Made by a program: the position numbers and the translations under genes
In this document: one piece after another, positions 1-12,362 of the stretch
Layout: each line of letters begins with the position of its first letter
How positions within the stretch are numbered: position 1 is the first letter of the stretch
Assembly: GCA_008632985.1 (NCBI GenBank)
Contig: QPGO01000069.1
Location: forward strand, 62,001-126,000
From: Psammoneis japonica
Lineage: Eukaryota
Reading direction: 5' to 3'
DNA length: 64,000 bases
The notes under the pieces: generated by a model
What the model was told of the DNA's origin: nothing
What the model saw: only the letters and a program-made list of their open reading frames with translations
The model's database searches: none

Positions 1-400
1 CGATGCATGGTATTTTTACAAGACACCAATGTACGACAAGTATCTCAAAATGAAGGAGCTCAGTGGACAGGGTGCTGAGGTGTGTTCAGCGCAAGATCTA
101 GCCGAGATTACCGCGGCAGAAGCAAAACACAAAGATACAGAGGAATACCGAAAGGCGGTGGAAGAAACCAACAAGCGCGTGTTTGAAGAAGAACGTAAGC
201 AACGGGAAACAATGCGTCAACAGGCCCAGGTGATTCGATCTACGAATCCCGACATTTTGAGACAAACTGTTCCGTGGATGGCACAATTGTCCAACGAGGA
301 AATTATTGCCTTTGCCGACAAGATGGAGCGCATGGTAGATAGCGCCCATCCGTTGCAGGGCTTTTGGGATAGTCATGGTCGAGTTTTAAATAACAAGTAG
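1..400 (+). CDS. 3' part of a hypothetical protein (helical/coiled-coil), probably starting upstream of the window
   Basis: The reading frame is open from the window edge to TAG at 398-400 and encodes a charged helical sequence (KAVEETNKRVFEEERKQRE). It is convergent with the PPase gene. Confidence 0.5.
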   Translation, partial: DAWYFYKTPMYDKYLKMKELSGQGAEVCSAQDLAEITAAEAKHKDTEEYRKAVEETNKRVFEEERKQRETMRQQAQVIRSTNPDILRQTVPWMAQLSNEEIIAFADKMERMVDSAHPLQGFWDSHGRVLNNK

Positions 401-473
401 CCGTCCAATTTTGATCAAGTGTAACACTAGCGGTTTTGAAATTTTTACGCACTTTGCCATCTAGAAATGAGAT

Positions 474-3093
474 CTATTTGGAAACCTTGGCAATAAAGAG
501 CGGCCCGGCCACAAGAATCGTCGTTGACAACAACTTGATGACCACATGAAGAGATGGTCCAGCTGTGTCTTTCTGTGTATTGAACGCGTGGATGCGGAGC
601 AAGAGGCTGGGGTAAGATAGAACATGCACGGCGAATCGGCATTGGCAGACAAGAACAAGAAGATACTCACAAATGGGTCTCCCACTGTATCTCCCGTAAC
701 AGAGGCTTTATGAGCTTCTGAGTTCTTTCCTCCAAAGTGTCCTAATTCAATGTATTTCTTTGCATTATCCCAAGCACCACCAGTGGTATCCAAGAATAAC
801 GCCATTAGAATTCCTGTCACTGTCCCAAACATGAGATAGGCAGCCAGCACTTCGGCTCCAAGGAGAGGTTTGTTGAAAGCCTCGCCGACAAAGCGAAAGA
901 CCAAGCCACCATGACGGGAGTAATGACACAAACCAAGCCAGGGAATCGCATTTCGCGTAGCGCCGCTCTGGTTACGAGCCAACACATCGTTCGTAGTTGG
1001 GTTTGGCCTTGTATGTCATAATGTCTGGATTCTCTTCAAACTGTCTTCTACTTCCAGAACCACCTCATGGGCAGTTCGGCCAACGGCAGAAATGGCGAGT
1101 CCTGTAAAGTAAAAGATAATCATGCTCCCAATCAGACCACCCACTAGTACTTCTGGAGTTGCAATATCGACTGCTTTGAATTCAATGCCTGAAATTCCGA
1201 GAACTCATCCATAAATGCACCAAACAATAGAAAGCACGCCATGCTAGCGGATCCAATCGAGTATCCCTTGGTGACAGCCTTTGTCACGTTCCCGGCAGCG
1301 TCCAGTCGATCAGTTACATCTCTACTTCTTCTGGTTGCATCGACATTTCCGCAATGCCACCGGCATTGTCAGCTATCGGTCCGTAATTGTTCATGCTCAA
1401 GATGTAGACTGCGTTACTCAACATGCCCATGGTAGCCACAGCCGTTCCAAATAGACCGGCATTTCGGCCATTACCAATACCAGTGCTGGCACCCAAGTGG
1501 TAAGCAAGCAAAACACAAACCGCCACTGTAATGGTTGGGATAAAACACGCCTTCATTCCGACACTGATACCAACAATAATGTTGGTTCCGTGACCCGTGG
1601 TGCTTGCTTCGGAAATGCTTTGAACCGGTCTGTAATCGTAATCAGTGTAGTATTGAGTCGAAAGGACAATGACATAGGCACAAACCACGCCGACTATGCC
1701 ACATAGAAAATACTTGAAACCCGAGCCCGGGTTGGTGGGATCCTCCAAGAGCCACGCTGTAATAACATAGAATCCAGCCACGGACAGTCCCAACGCGACT
1801 CGATAACCTTTTTGGAGTTGAATCATGGGATTACTGTCAGCGTGTCCCTGAGAGTACCCAACAAACGCAATGCCAATACTCGACACAATGATATCCATAG
1901 CATGAACAACCAGAGGAAAGAATAGAAACTTGTTGGCATTGTACCGCTCCATGCCAGACTCGCTCGATAGAGTGGATCCTAGAATCATGGCTCCAATAAT
2001 TTCCGCAGCAACCGACTCAAACACGTCGGCAGACGATCCCACACAATCGCCCACCATGTCTCCCACCAAATCGGCAATCGTTGCAGGATTGCGTGGATCG
2101 TCTTCTGGGATGCTCTGCTCGACCTTACCAACCAGATCGGCCCCGACATCGGCAGCCTTGGTGTAGATTCCTCCTCCGAGTTGCATAAAGAGCGCGACAA
2201 AGGACGCACCAAAGCCATAGCCCACCAAGAGCATGGGAATATCGGATGAATTCAGCAGAGATTGGTCGGTTCGTGCAAAAAAGAAATGAAGAATCGTGTA
2301 CAAGGACGTGACACCCGCAATACAAGGTCAAATTGAGTACAGCACTAAAGGCTCCACCCCGAAAGCACACTACCAGTGCTTCTCCATAGGATCGTCTCGC
2401 TGCGGACGCGACTCGAATGTTGGATTGCGCCGCCACCCACATGCTGACATATCCAGAAATGGCCGAACAGACGGCTCCAAAGACAAAGCCCATGGCAGCC
2501 ACCATACCCAACAAGTTGTTACCCAGCACTGCCACACCCTGAGGATCTTGTCCGAGTGGTCTAAATTGATACGACACAACAATCAAGAGCGCCAGGGGGG
2601 CGGCAAATTTAAATATGGCGCTGTACTGTACGTGCAGAAATCCTTCGGCACCTTCTCGAATGGGATCCGAGACGGCCCGCATTTCCGACGTTCCATTGTC
2701 GCACTGTAGCACATTCTTGCTGAGCCATAGTGATGCGATTGCACCGAGCGAACACGATGCATACACCATGAGGAGAATACACCACTCAATGCTTAGAAAC
2801 GGACAAATCAAGCCCGTCACGACTGCAATCACGAGACCGTAAAATTTCAGAGTCGAAGGAGAATAGCGAGTCAAGTAGGAATGAGCCACCCTACGATGAG
2901 GTTTCTGTTTGGCATTGTAAGATGAATCAGCCGCATTGCTCAGACTGACATCCAGCGAGGTGCTCGAATGCAAACTTCCAGACGATGCTTGAGATTTGAG
3001 TAAGGGGTTCGACTGAACGCCTCCTTCCATGTCTTCAATGGCCATGACGGGTGCTCTACGGTTGTGACTAGACAAGGGAGCGCCTCTTCGCAT
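474..3093 (-). CDS. Membrane H+-translocating pyrophosphatase, K+-independent (type II/AVP2-like); one intron 573-670; several apparent frameshifts
   Basis: Signature motifs [57 protein letters not shown] and [16 protein letters not shown]. The GT..AG intron 670->573 restores the C-terminus. Indels of 1-2 bp near 2322, 1322, 1193, 978 and 905 break the frame. Confidence 0.93.
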
Positions 3094-3130
3094 GGCGTTT
3101 TTACCGTTGTTGCAATTGTTTTGTTTTGTT

Positions 3131-3340
3131 CTTTTGGGTGCAGGGTTGATACAGAACAATGTTGTTGTCACTGCGGTTGTCAACCCAGAAAAGTGAGGAG
3201 ATCAACAAGAAAAGGATGCCCTGGTACGATCTTGGGTGCAAGGTTGATGCAGAACAATGTTGTTGTCACTGCGGTTGTCAACACAGAAAAAATAAAAGTG
3301 AGGAGATCAACAAAAAAGTGTGCCCTGGTACGATCTTGTG
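3131..3340. repeat. Tandem duplication, two ~100 bp units
   Basis: GGGTGCA(G/A)GGTTGAT(A/G)CAGAACAATGTTGTTGTCACTGCGGTTGTCAAC...AAGTGAGGAGATCAACAA...TGCCCTGGTACGATCTTG occurs at ~3136 and ~3234. Confidence 0.9.
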
Positions 3341-3503
3341 TAGAATCTACGCAAGCAGGCATCCTTGGGGTCACACTCCGGGTGCCTTGTTTCTCCGAGT
3401 CCTTCGACTCCATGTCTCGCACACGTCATCGCGCGTCACGCGCGAGATTCGATCAGATTCCCTCCAACAAAAAACAAAAACAGCTCAACATAACATTCTC
3501 ACC

Positions 3504-4061
3504 ATGACGAAACAACAACAGCCACTCGGAACCGTCAGTGACGCAGTCGGTGGTGCCGCACACAAGCTTGGACATTTGGCCGATGATGCTGCTACAGCCG
3601 TGGGCGATGCGGCACAAAAGGCCACCGACGTTTTGCACACGCGACGCAACAAACCCGACTTTACAAAATTTGACTATCAAAAGGCAAAGAATCTAACCGA
3701 TGATGACACGGCTCTCATGCATACCGTTGTAATCAATAAAAAAGAAGGCATTCTACCCAATGACATGGCTGGAATTGAACTTGTGTTTGAGAATGATTGC
3801 GTAATTGTCAAGGACGTGGTGCCGCAGAGTCCGTTTTACGGTGGCGATCTCATGATTGGGTGTACGATTTTTGCAATCAATGGGACTTTTGATTTTACCA
3901 GTGCCGAGCAAGCCGAGAAACTAATCAAGGAAACTGAAACGGTCTTGACGATAATTTGTGGAAATGTCAAGGATGGAAGGCTGCAACCTCAAACCGATGT
4001 TTGGCCCATTGCGGAGCACTTGAAACACAAACATGAAGAAGCAACAGCAGAGTCTTCTTGA
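3504..4061 (+). CDS. PDZ-like domain protein with Ala-rich N-terminus
   Basis: GIELVFENDCVIVKDVVPQSPF..GDLMIGCTIFAING..F.SAEQAEKLIK..E.VLTI fits the PDZ beta/alpha pattern. Likely ATG at 3504. Confidence 0.7.
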   Translation: MTKQQQPLGTVSDAVGGAAHKLGHLADDAATAVGDAAQKATDVLHTRRNKPDFTKFDYQKAKNLTDDDTALMHTVVINKKEGILPNDMAGIELVFENDCVIVKDVVPQSPFYGGDLMIGCTIFAINGTFDFTSAEQAEKLIKETETVLTIICGNVKDGRLQPQTDVWPIAEHLKHKHEEATAESS

Positions 4062-4638
4062 ATATACAAATTCTTGTTGCTAACGATCATCACTTTTAAA
4101 ACTGTTCGTACAATGTGTTGTGCCTTGCAGACTGTTGAATCTTCGACGATAAAATGCACCCGGCGGGTTTTGTGAGGGGCAAGTTGATCTTGCAACTTTG
4201 TTTCGGAGATTAGAATTCTACAGTAGCGGCCTGGCCTTTTAGTGTTCACAATCACTTGAGAAGTAATCTTCTAAAGTTGTTATCAACATTTTTGCTGTGC
4301 TTTCTGTGGATCTTATTTCTATCAACCTCGGTCGTCACGAGGAATCGTCTCCCTGTTCTGAGAATTGCTAATCGAATCTTCTGTCCATCCTCTCTAGTAG
4401 AGGTTTAAACATTTTTGAAGTATTATGAATCATAGGTATGAATCGACTTCCATGTTGAACTCGAACCTCTAGCTAGCTCTACAATAGAGAGTAGACTATG
4501 GTAGGAGTGTGTCGCGGCGCGGCGGCGTCGATCGCGCGCTCGGCTCATCGGCGGCAAGTTCTGAACGAATCCCAAATCATCACAGCTTGAACATCAACTC
4601 ACAATACTTTGACTTCAGACCAAGCTCTATCGACAAAG

Positions 4639-5339
4639 ATGGCCAAGGAACTCTTTTACTTTTCTCTCCCCGCTCCTGATTTGGAAAAATCCAAAGCCTT
4701 TTACAGTCAAGTATTTGGTTGGAAGATTGGTGGCGGTTCCATGGGTGGTCACGTCGACAGCGCCACCACGCCGTGTGGACTCGGCGGTGACACTACCGTG
4801 GTGTATCTAACAACCATGGATTTGGAAGCAAGCATGAAACTAGTGAAAGACAACGGAGGACAAGTCGATCGGGTCGAGGACTTTTCGGTCGGTCCCTGTG
4901 CTTTTGCATGGACAATCAAAAGACTCGATTTGCTCTACAAGAACCGAGCGAGGAACTGCGAGACCACGCAAGAATCCACCAAAAGGAAAAAAGCACGGAG
5001 ATTTGTTTTTCTTTTCACTACCAGTCATGGACAAGGCCAAGGCTGTTGAATTCTATGGAAAGGTCATGGGATTGGGAGTTTGATGACAAGGAGGGATCTC
5101 AGGGTGGACTGGGTATCAAGAATCTATCGGGGCCAGATGGTGGCCTGGGGTGCGGCAGAGAAGGCCATGATCCATCCTTTTGGATCCGTGTGGATAATGT
5201 GCAGGAGACGTGTAATCAAGTTAAGACTGCATTAGGTACAGCTGGAGAAGTATTTGATGCACCAGAAGGAACTTGCAGTGAATGTGTCGATGATCAAGGA
5301 GTCAAGTTTGGTATCATAAAACCTGCTGCCGGATACTGA
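4639..5339 (+). CDS. Two-domain VOC (glyoxalase/bleomycin-resistance) family protein; apparent frameshifts near 4905, 4975 and 5070
   Basis: Two homologous halves: FYFSLPAPDLEKSKAFYSQVFGW and FFFSLPVMDKAKAVEFYGKVMG-W. C-terminal CVDDQGVKFGI. The pieces lie in different frames. Confidence 0.8.
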
Positions 5340-5430
5340 GACGAGTTTTGGTGTATAACATTAATTCAATCAAAATTTTATCGTGTTTAAATGGCTGCAG
5401 CAACGTCAACCCTATTCTCCTGCCGAAATC

Positions 5431-7347
5431 TCAACGATTCCACCAAAGTTCAGCAGCGTCCAGGTCTCGATCGCTTTGGATTTCCTTCATGTAGATTTTG
5501 CTTTTTCGTTTGTGGTTGTAACTCGCTTGCCGACTCGGAGGAAGCTTGTCGACACTTACAGACTCGAATCCACGTTCCAAAAACCATTCCATGGTTTGCG
5601 TCGAAAGAACAAACACCTTTGTCGCACCACTCTGTACACAGAGCCGTTCCAAGTAGCCCAACATGGCGTCGCCACGTCCATCCTTGCGGTATTCCTTCTT
5701 GACCACAAGGCAACCAATCTCGGCAAAGCCGTTTTCAAAGCGTTTCAATTGACCGCATGCCACAATCAGTGAATCTCGCGTGTACACAAAGTAGCTATCG
5801 ATATCCTTTTCCATTTGACTCTTGGGCCGATCCACCAGGGTGCCCATTTTGATGAGTGGCTGGATCAAATCGCTAATGCCCGAAATATCCATGACATTGG
5901 CCCGTCGAATACCCTCGTACAAGTCACGCGAAATGAGTGTTCCGCTGCCATCCCGCGTGTAGAGTTCTTGCAATAGCGCACCACGGGTGGGTGCAATAAT
6001 GTGAGCACGTTTTACGCCGCGTTCCACCGCCGTCATGGCCCATCCCAATTTCAACAGCATATCCACCTCTGGCTCATTCATGATTGGTGCGGTGACACTC
6101 TTGTCATGCTCCAAGGCTTGGTTGTGATCCTTGACATTGGCAAAACCACGACTATGGATCTCCACCCCACGATGCTTTAATAAATTTTGCACGTCACTCA
6201 GTCTCATGTTTTGCACCAACTTTCCAGTAAGCGTATTTCTCAGCACTGTTTCTTGTTCTGTGAAAAAGATAATCTTGCTTGCCTCCATGGCACCCGCCAC
6301 GGTTGCAGCCAAACTCTCCGAGTTGACATTAAAAACTTCACCACTTGGACTGACACCCAATGTAGTCAAGAGACAAATATCCCGACTGTTGTGCACATCA
6401 CGAATCTTATCCACCTCGACACGACGGACAAAGCCCGTGTATTTGTAGTCGATTCCGTCCAACACACCAAAGGGCTGCGCCGAATAAAAATTCCCACTCA
6501 CAACATTTCCATCAAACGTCGCTGATGACGACGAGGATCTGCGCGAAGAGGACGACGTGAGTCCTCCATGCAATCGCAAGGATCGTGCCAATTGCCGTTC
6601 CACTTCAAAACGAACATAACCGGCTTCCTCCTTGACGACACGCAGGGTTTCCTCGTCTGTTACAGACATGCCGTGGTGCATTTCGCGATGACCAGCCATG
6701 CGCTTATCGACTTGATAGCGACATCCCGCCACCAAGACAACCTTCATTCCAAGCAGCCATGTCAATGCAATATCATCCATCAAATCCCCAAAAGACTCGT
6801 CTTGACATTCCAACAGCGAACCGGGAAGATGATAGACGGCACAGGTGTTGCGATGATTGGCAATGTACGCGGCGGATCCTCGAAACATTTTGACAAAATT
6901 CAAACCTCGACGCTGCGACACATTTTCTGTCGTCTTGTCGTGAATACGCGGTTTGGATTCAATATCCAATGTGGACGGATCCACGGCCAGAATCGACGTG
7001 GAATGAGCGGCAGTCTCGGCTCGAGTCACGTCAATGGGCTTTCCGATACCGTTGTTGTTGTTATTGCTATTGACCGTCAAATGTTGATAGGTTGATGTGT
7101 CTGTTACGTTGGACGCGTCATTATTATTGTCGTCGTCGTCTTCTTCTTGTATTCCTCCAATTTCTGTCTCAACCGTGGGTTCTTCTTCAACGGCAAACAG
7201 AGGCCTTTTCTGTAGAGACGCAAAGAAACCGACTTGACCACGAGGTGGAATTAGTATTCTTGGAGGTACTACCTTGTTTTTCGGAATAACATTCTTGGCT
7301 GACAGAAACGCCGCACGACCAGTCCTTGACATCAGAGACAGCATCAT
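5431..7347 (-). CDS. argA: N-acetylglutamate synthase (AAK + GNAT domains), with organellar transit peptide
   Basis: FRGSAAYIANHR, VVSGNFYSAQPFGVLDGIDYKYTG, GVKRAHII, LLQELYTRDGSGT, then the GNAT part AEIGCLVV..EYRKDGRGDAML, FVLSTQTMEWFLERGF and YNHKRKSK. Confidence 0.95.
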   Translation of the reverse strand: MMLSLMSRTGRAAFLSAKNVIPKNKVVPPRILIPPRGQVGFFASLQKRPLFAVEEEPTVETEIGGIQEEDDDDNNNDASNVTDTSTYQHLTVNSNNNNNGIGKPIDVTRAETAAHSTSILAVDPSTLDIESKPRIHDKTTENVSQRRGLNFVKMFRGSAAYIANHRNTCAVYHLPGSLLECQDESFGDLMDDIALTWLLGMKVVLVAGCRYQVDKRMAGHREMHHGMSVTDEETLRVVKEEAGYVRFEVERQLARSLRLHGGLTSSSSRRSSSSSATFDGNVVSGNFYSAQPFGVLDGIDYKYTGFVRRVEVDKIRDVHNSRDICLLTTLGVSPSGEVFNVNSESLAATVAGAMEASKIIFFTEQETVLRNTLTGKLVQNMRLSDVQNLLKHRGVEIHSRGFANVKDHNQALEHDKSVTAPIMNEPEVDMLLKLGWAMTAVERGVKRAHIIAPTRGALLQELYTRDGSGTLISRDLYEGIRRANVMDISGISDLIQPLIKMGTLVDRPKSQMEKDIDSYFVYTRDSLIVACGQLKRFENGFAEIGCLVVKKEYRKDGRGDAMLGYLERLCVQSGATKVFVLSTQTMEWFLERGFESVSVDKLPPSRQASYNHKRKSKIYMKEIQSDRDLDAAELWWNR

Positions 7348-8199
7348 GGTCGACGATAGAAAAAGATGAAGAAATTGTCGGAACATTTCTTTCTCATGCA
7401 CGCAACGGGAGGCTCTCTAAAAAAGATATTTCACTTGGTCCCAAACGCGTTGGTGAAGCGAGTTGATTTGGGTTCTTTTGGGAATCCTTTTAGTACTGTA
7501 AAAGGAATTCCCAAGCAAAATTCAATTCCAAGCACTTCTTCCTCTTTGAGCAATGTCAACAACACAACGGATAAGCCCTCTGGCCGATGATGAGCAGCTA
7601 GCTGGTGCTAGTGCTACCGGTATGCTGTTGTCTCTGAGAGAAAAAGTGCCAGCAAGATTTGTGAGAATGCAACGATTAGAGCTGAGGCATTCTACAGAGG
7701 AATTGGTACAACACTACGTAGCAACTCCGAACGGTATCCAAGCGATCGTGTTGACGGCCAGAAGGCACCGACCCATTCGATCGAATCAAAATCATCATGC
7801 AAAGTTGCGATTTGAGATTTGCCAAAGAGTACCTACTCTCTACTCTCTACCCCCTCTCTCTACCTAGAGGTAGAATACGGGAGGCCTACCCAACTCTAGA
7901 AGAATAATACGCATAAGGGACAGAGTTTTGCTTGCCGGTGCTCAAGCTCAGGGAGCGAAAATCTCTTGTTTTAGTGTTTGTGTACAGCATGCACGAAAGC
8001 GCTAGGAAACTAGGGCCCAGTCAAAACTCCAACAAAATGCTACGGTACGGTAGTTCTTGCGTAACCCAATATCCGCAATAATTAATACGAACACAAATAA
8101 GCATTGACAGAATACCGTACAAAACAATTTAAAACGAAGAGAGTTGACTATTAATGGCAATCATTCAAATTCATCGTATTCGGGCATGCTGTTTCTCTC

Positions 8200-11100
8200 T
8201 CAACTGTCCATTAGAACCCACTTTCGTAGATCCAACAACTCGAGCCAAGGGATGCTGCGAAATCCTGTGCTGGTGTACCATTCCGCAAAATCGTCAAAAG
8301 AAATCAAATCATGATCACCTGTCCCCCGAAAGCCAGATTTGAAGGCCTGAGACGCAGCCCAAGATGATCCAGCATCCACGGCCCGCGCAGTCTGGGCCAG
8401 GCTCTGGTCGCACATTTCGCCATTTTGGAACGCAATCATATCCTCGTTCACGTCCATATCTAGGGAGGGTGCGGTCGCCACGCTTAGCAAAGACGTCAAG
8501 AAGGACCGAAGGTAATTGGTCATGTCTCTTCGTGAAAGCTTTCCGTCTTTATCCTTATCGATCAGATCGAATGCGTACTCCAGCTTGTCGCTCTTCTTTC
8601 CACTGCAGAGCACTGTGAAGCCGCAAGCGACCTCCATTGCAGACGGCATGCCGTCATGGTTTCGATCGAAGGCGTTGAAAATACCACTCAAAATATCAGA
8701 CAAAGTCTGCTGTGTTTCTGGACTCATGTTGGGTTTCGTTCTGCCGCCAGCAATGATGCTGCGCATGGCAGAATCAAAGTCGTCCTTGGATAAGACAAGA
8801 ATGTCCCCGTCATCCGTCCCTCTACCCTTTTTCTTCGATCGGACACGGGTCCTTTGCTCAAAATCTTCTTGCAAGCGAGCTCCGCGTCAACCCTACAAAG
8901 AGCGCTTTCCATGAGTACATGCCGAATGTGACGAACGCGACGCTGGCTGATGGACAGCATATACGGGCCATGGTCTTCGTTCGTCATGAGTTGAAATTTC
9001 AGCGAGTTGGTCTGACGCCCCCGTTGGTTGTTCCGGGGAGTCGTTGGGAGTGGAGCCCGGTGGCTGTTATCCACCTCGTTTTCCTTGTCTCCCTTTTCAT
9101 GGGAGGGCGGCTGCATAGTATGTAATCCATTTCATCCATGCTTCCGAGTGGCATAATCGTATCTTCGTCAAAGAGAGAGGCAGGATCAACAGAATCATCG
9201 GGCGGCGGAGGCGGGATGGATCGAAGTCATGGTGGCTAACGTGGAATCCGTCTCGCTCGTGCTGTGGCATATTCGGCGCCCTTGACGAAGACCGAGCCCC
9301 CCTGCTTTCCACAGTTTCGACATCATCCACCATCACCCACTTCTGGAGATCTAAGAGCTCTAGCCACGGAGCCGTCTCAAAGCCACCTTCGTTGTACCAT
9401 TCGCCAAATTCATCAAAGTCCACTCGATCGCGTTTGTTGGTGCGCCACTGATATCTCATCACGTCTTTGGCAACCATGTGGGCAGTATCAGATATGTTTC
9501 TGCTCACGGCTTCAGCGCTCAAATCTAAACTCTGTCGGCAACACGAGAACATAACGATCAGGAAGGACCGCAGAAAGAGGAAAAGTTCTTCGCCGTTAAG
9601 GGAGTGGGTCTGGTTTTCCGGATGACGATTCGCGATTCTGTCATCGTTCCGACTGTCAAACAAGCCAAACGCAAACGCCAACTTGCTGCTCTTCTTGCCG
9701 CCGCATAGAAGCGTAAGACCTCCCATCAATTGATTGAGAGAGACGTGATCAACCTGATCGAGGTCAAAACTGTGGTAGAAGTTCGCGAGTGTTTCCTTCG
9801 TCATGGAAGATACCTTGGCACTTGACGACGAAGATCGTTTTCTGCCATTCGCCTTTGTCGAAACGACTCCCTCCATAGCGTTGACGAACGTTACTTGGTC
9901 AATGTCCATCGTTTTGTGAATTCCGTCACGCTCCTGCGCCCTATTCCATTTTTGTGACGATCGCGGTGGACGGAACTTGATCCCTTCGTAAAGCGAGCCC
10001 CACACATCATCTGGAGTCATGTTGACCAGACCCATTTTCTCCACCACGGAACGCACGTACGTGGCGTCTTCTCGAAGAACCACAAGCGACTGGTGGTTCG
10101 CCAACGGGAACGTAAAGAGCACTTCAACAGGCGGCAAATTTGGAGTATCCGGAGGGCGACGCGGAGTTGAATAGGGAATCCTTCGGCTTGGACGAGCGCT
10201 TGAAGAAGCGGGTTGTCTCTGGGTGCTGGCATGTCGCCAAGCAACGTGAGTAGCTTGTTTAGGTCAAGCAGTTCAAGCCAAGGAGCAATGTTGAAACCTC
10301 CGTCGGTGTACCACGCAGCAAAATCTTCGAACGAAACCTGTAGGTTTTCCGTGCCCAGGCCCTTTGTGAAATCCTTGAGAAAGTGGCCCAGCGTCCATTT
10401 GGCTCCGTTCTCCAGTGCGCCGCACATTTCTTGTCGACGAGACCCTCGAAGCGCTTTGGCCGCTTCCGCCTTCCCTTGCTGAGTACCGGAGAGCAAAGCG
10501 ATTCCGGCAAGCATAGTTAGATAGGATCGAAGATACTGGACCAACTGGTGCTCCCGTAGCACGCCAGTATTATCATTGTCCAAAAGCTCAAACCCAGCTG
10601 CCAGCTTGGAGCTCTTGTTTCCTTGACACAAAAACGAAAATCCCACAGCAAGCTCCTTGACATTGACTTGATCTCTACCCAGGCTCCCGTCTTCGAAGCA
10701 CGAGAAAAAATTGACGAAGTAGGCCGAATACGTTTCCGTCTCAGAGGCTGTGAATCTGCGGGACTCTTCTGGTGGGACGAGGTCCCTGATGCACTTTCCA
10801 AACTCGTCTCGATGCAAAACCATTACGGATCCTCGCTCTTGAATGCGCTCATTGGAGTATCGGAGGAGTACTTGGCAAACATCTCGCGGAGATCTCGAAG
10901 CGAGGCCAGTGCGATAAACAAGGTTACGGAGCATCAACAGATTCTCTTCTGTGATACTAATTGAAAAAGGTGCTTGCTTGATTCCATCGCCCGAAGCACC
11001 CGTAAAGTCAAAAGATACCAGCACTCTACCTGTCGTTGGCGGAAGTGGTGGTTGATCGGACCCCGTACTCTTGAAGAAGTTGGGAGGGGATGTCTTTCTG

Positions 11101-12362
11101 TCGGTGGACGACTCGTTGGCCGACTCGCTTTGGTTTGGTGTCGGTAGCGCCTCTTCCTTAATCGTAGAGAGGGTCGACTTGGTAGTTGCGGGATCGGATG
11201 AGCTTGATTCCTCCGTACCATTACCGGCATAGGTCCACTTTGCTAGGTCCAAAAGCTCCAGCCACGGAACAATTGAGTATCCTCCAGAGTTGTACCAATC
11301 CCCGAATGCTTCAAACGGTATCATGGAGGCATCTTGGTTCTTTTTTCGTGTGTGCTCCAGAAGACGATCCGCAGCAAACGTCGCCACCTCCTGAATTTCC
11401 TTGACAGTTTGTTCTGGTAGACTCCCCTTTGTCTTGTCGGCAGTAGAGTCCGAGTTCTCGGAAGTATCGAATGATGGAGACGGACATAGAGGAACGCTTG
11501 CATTCTTGGAATCTGCTTCCTTTACGTCCGTGGACTTGGAAGAGGACGTTGGTGAGGATTGACTGTTCTCTTTCAGCGCCTTTCTTGGCTTTTGTTGTTC
11601 TGGTGTGCTTGGTGAAGCGCGTTTCATGGAAGCAGAGGCAGGATCGTAGTGAATGCAGATGGAGATAGATGTAAGAAAGGACCTGAAGAGAATAGCTGCG
11701 CCGCTATGTGTGAGAGGCAGCGGCTGTTTCTCATCGGCTGAGTCCTTGCTATCGCTTTCTTCAATCTTGTTTGATTCTGCCGCCCTTTCGTTGGTGTCTT
11801 CGTTGCTAGTCTCCTCCTTTGATTCTGCCGGAGAAACTTCTCCCAACACGTTGAAGGCGGCTAGTAGTTTAGTGCTCTTGTCCACGTCAAGAAACAAAAG
11901 CAGACAGGTTTCGATTTCGTGTTTTGATGTCTTTGACTCTTGCATACGGTCCAAGAAGGCTCCGATAAGGGCATCACCGCACTCTGAAGCGGCCTGCAAA
12001 AGTACCTGTCGGACTTTTTCTGGGTCATCTTCAACTCGCGAGTCAAAAGTAGACTGAGGCACCGGAGCTTCTTCTGTGGACGATACTGATCCACTATCAG
12101 ACGTTGAAACCACTCGCTTAGGAACCGCCTCGTCCTCGGGGCAATCTGTCGTCGTTTCGTCAGTAACTGGTTTCTGAACTCCATCATACTTTTCGGTGTT
12201 TTCGGCTTTCTGAGCTTCCGATCGATTTTTCTGAAGACGAGCAACGCTGGAATTCAAGGCCTTGCTCGCCGTTACCATACGCTGGGCTACCTCACAACTG
12301 ATAGCCAACGTCATGGAGGTCTGTGGCGTCGCCGATTCAGGACGAGAGATGGTGTCTGTCAT
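8200..12362 (-). CDS. Large EF-hand (recoverin/calcineurin-B-like) repeat protein; split by apparent frameshifts near 10170, 9200, 9120 and 8880
   Basis: Four consecutive ORFs on one strand share the module (L.L..G.KS.KL..AF.L.D...F..WY..GG...PWLELLDL.KW). EF-hand loops include DKDKDGKLS, DRNHDG and DNDNTGVL. Confidence 0.75.

Noticed and set aside
3131..3340. Possible CRISPR-like array (also considered for 16755-17420 and 26225-26345)
   Set aside because: Each has only two units and no repeat-spacer structure. There are no cas genes and the context is eukaryotic.
3159..3503. 5' extension of the 300 aa ORF with duplicated EQCCCHCGCQ-like peptide
   Set aside because: It translates the non-coding tandem repeat. 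The plausible start is ATG 3504.
474..5339. Programmed frameshifting or true pseudogenes for the PPase and VOC genes
   Set aside because: The indels are multiple and scattered, lack slippery-site/stem signatures and leave catalytic motifs intact. Sequencing error is more parsimonious.
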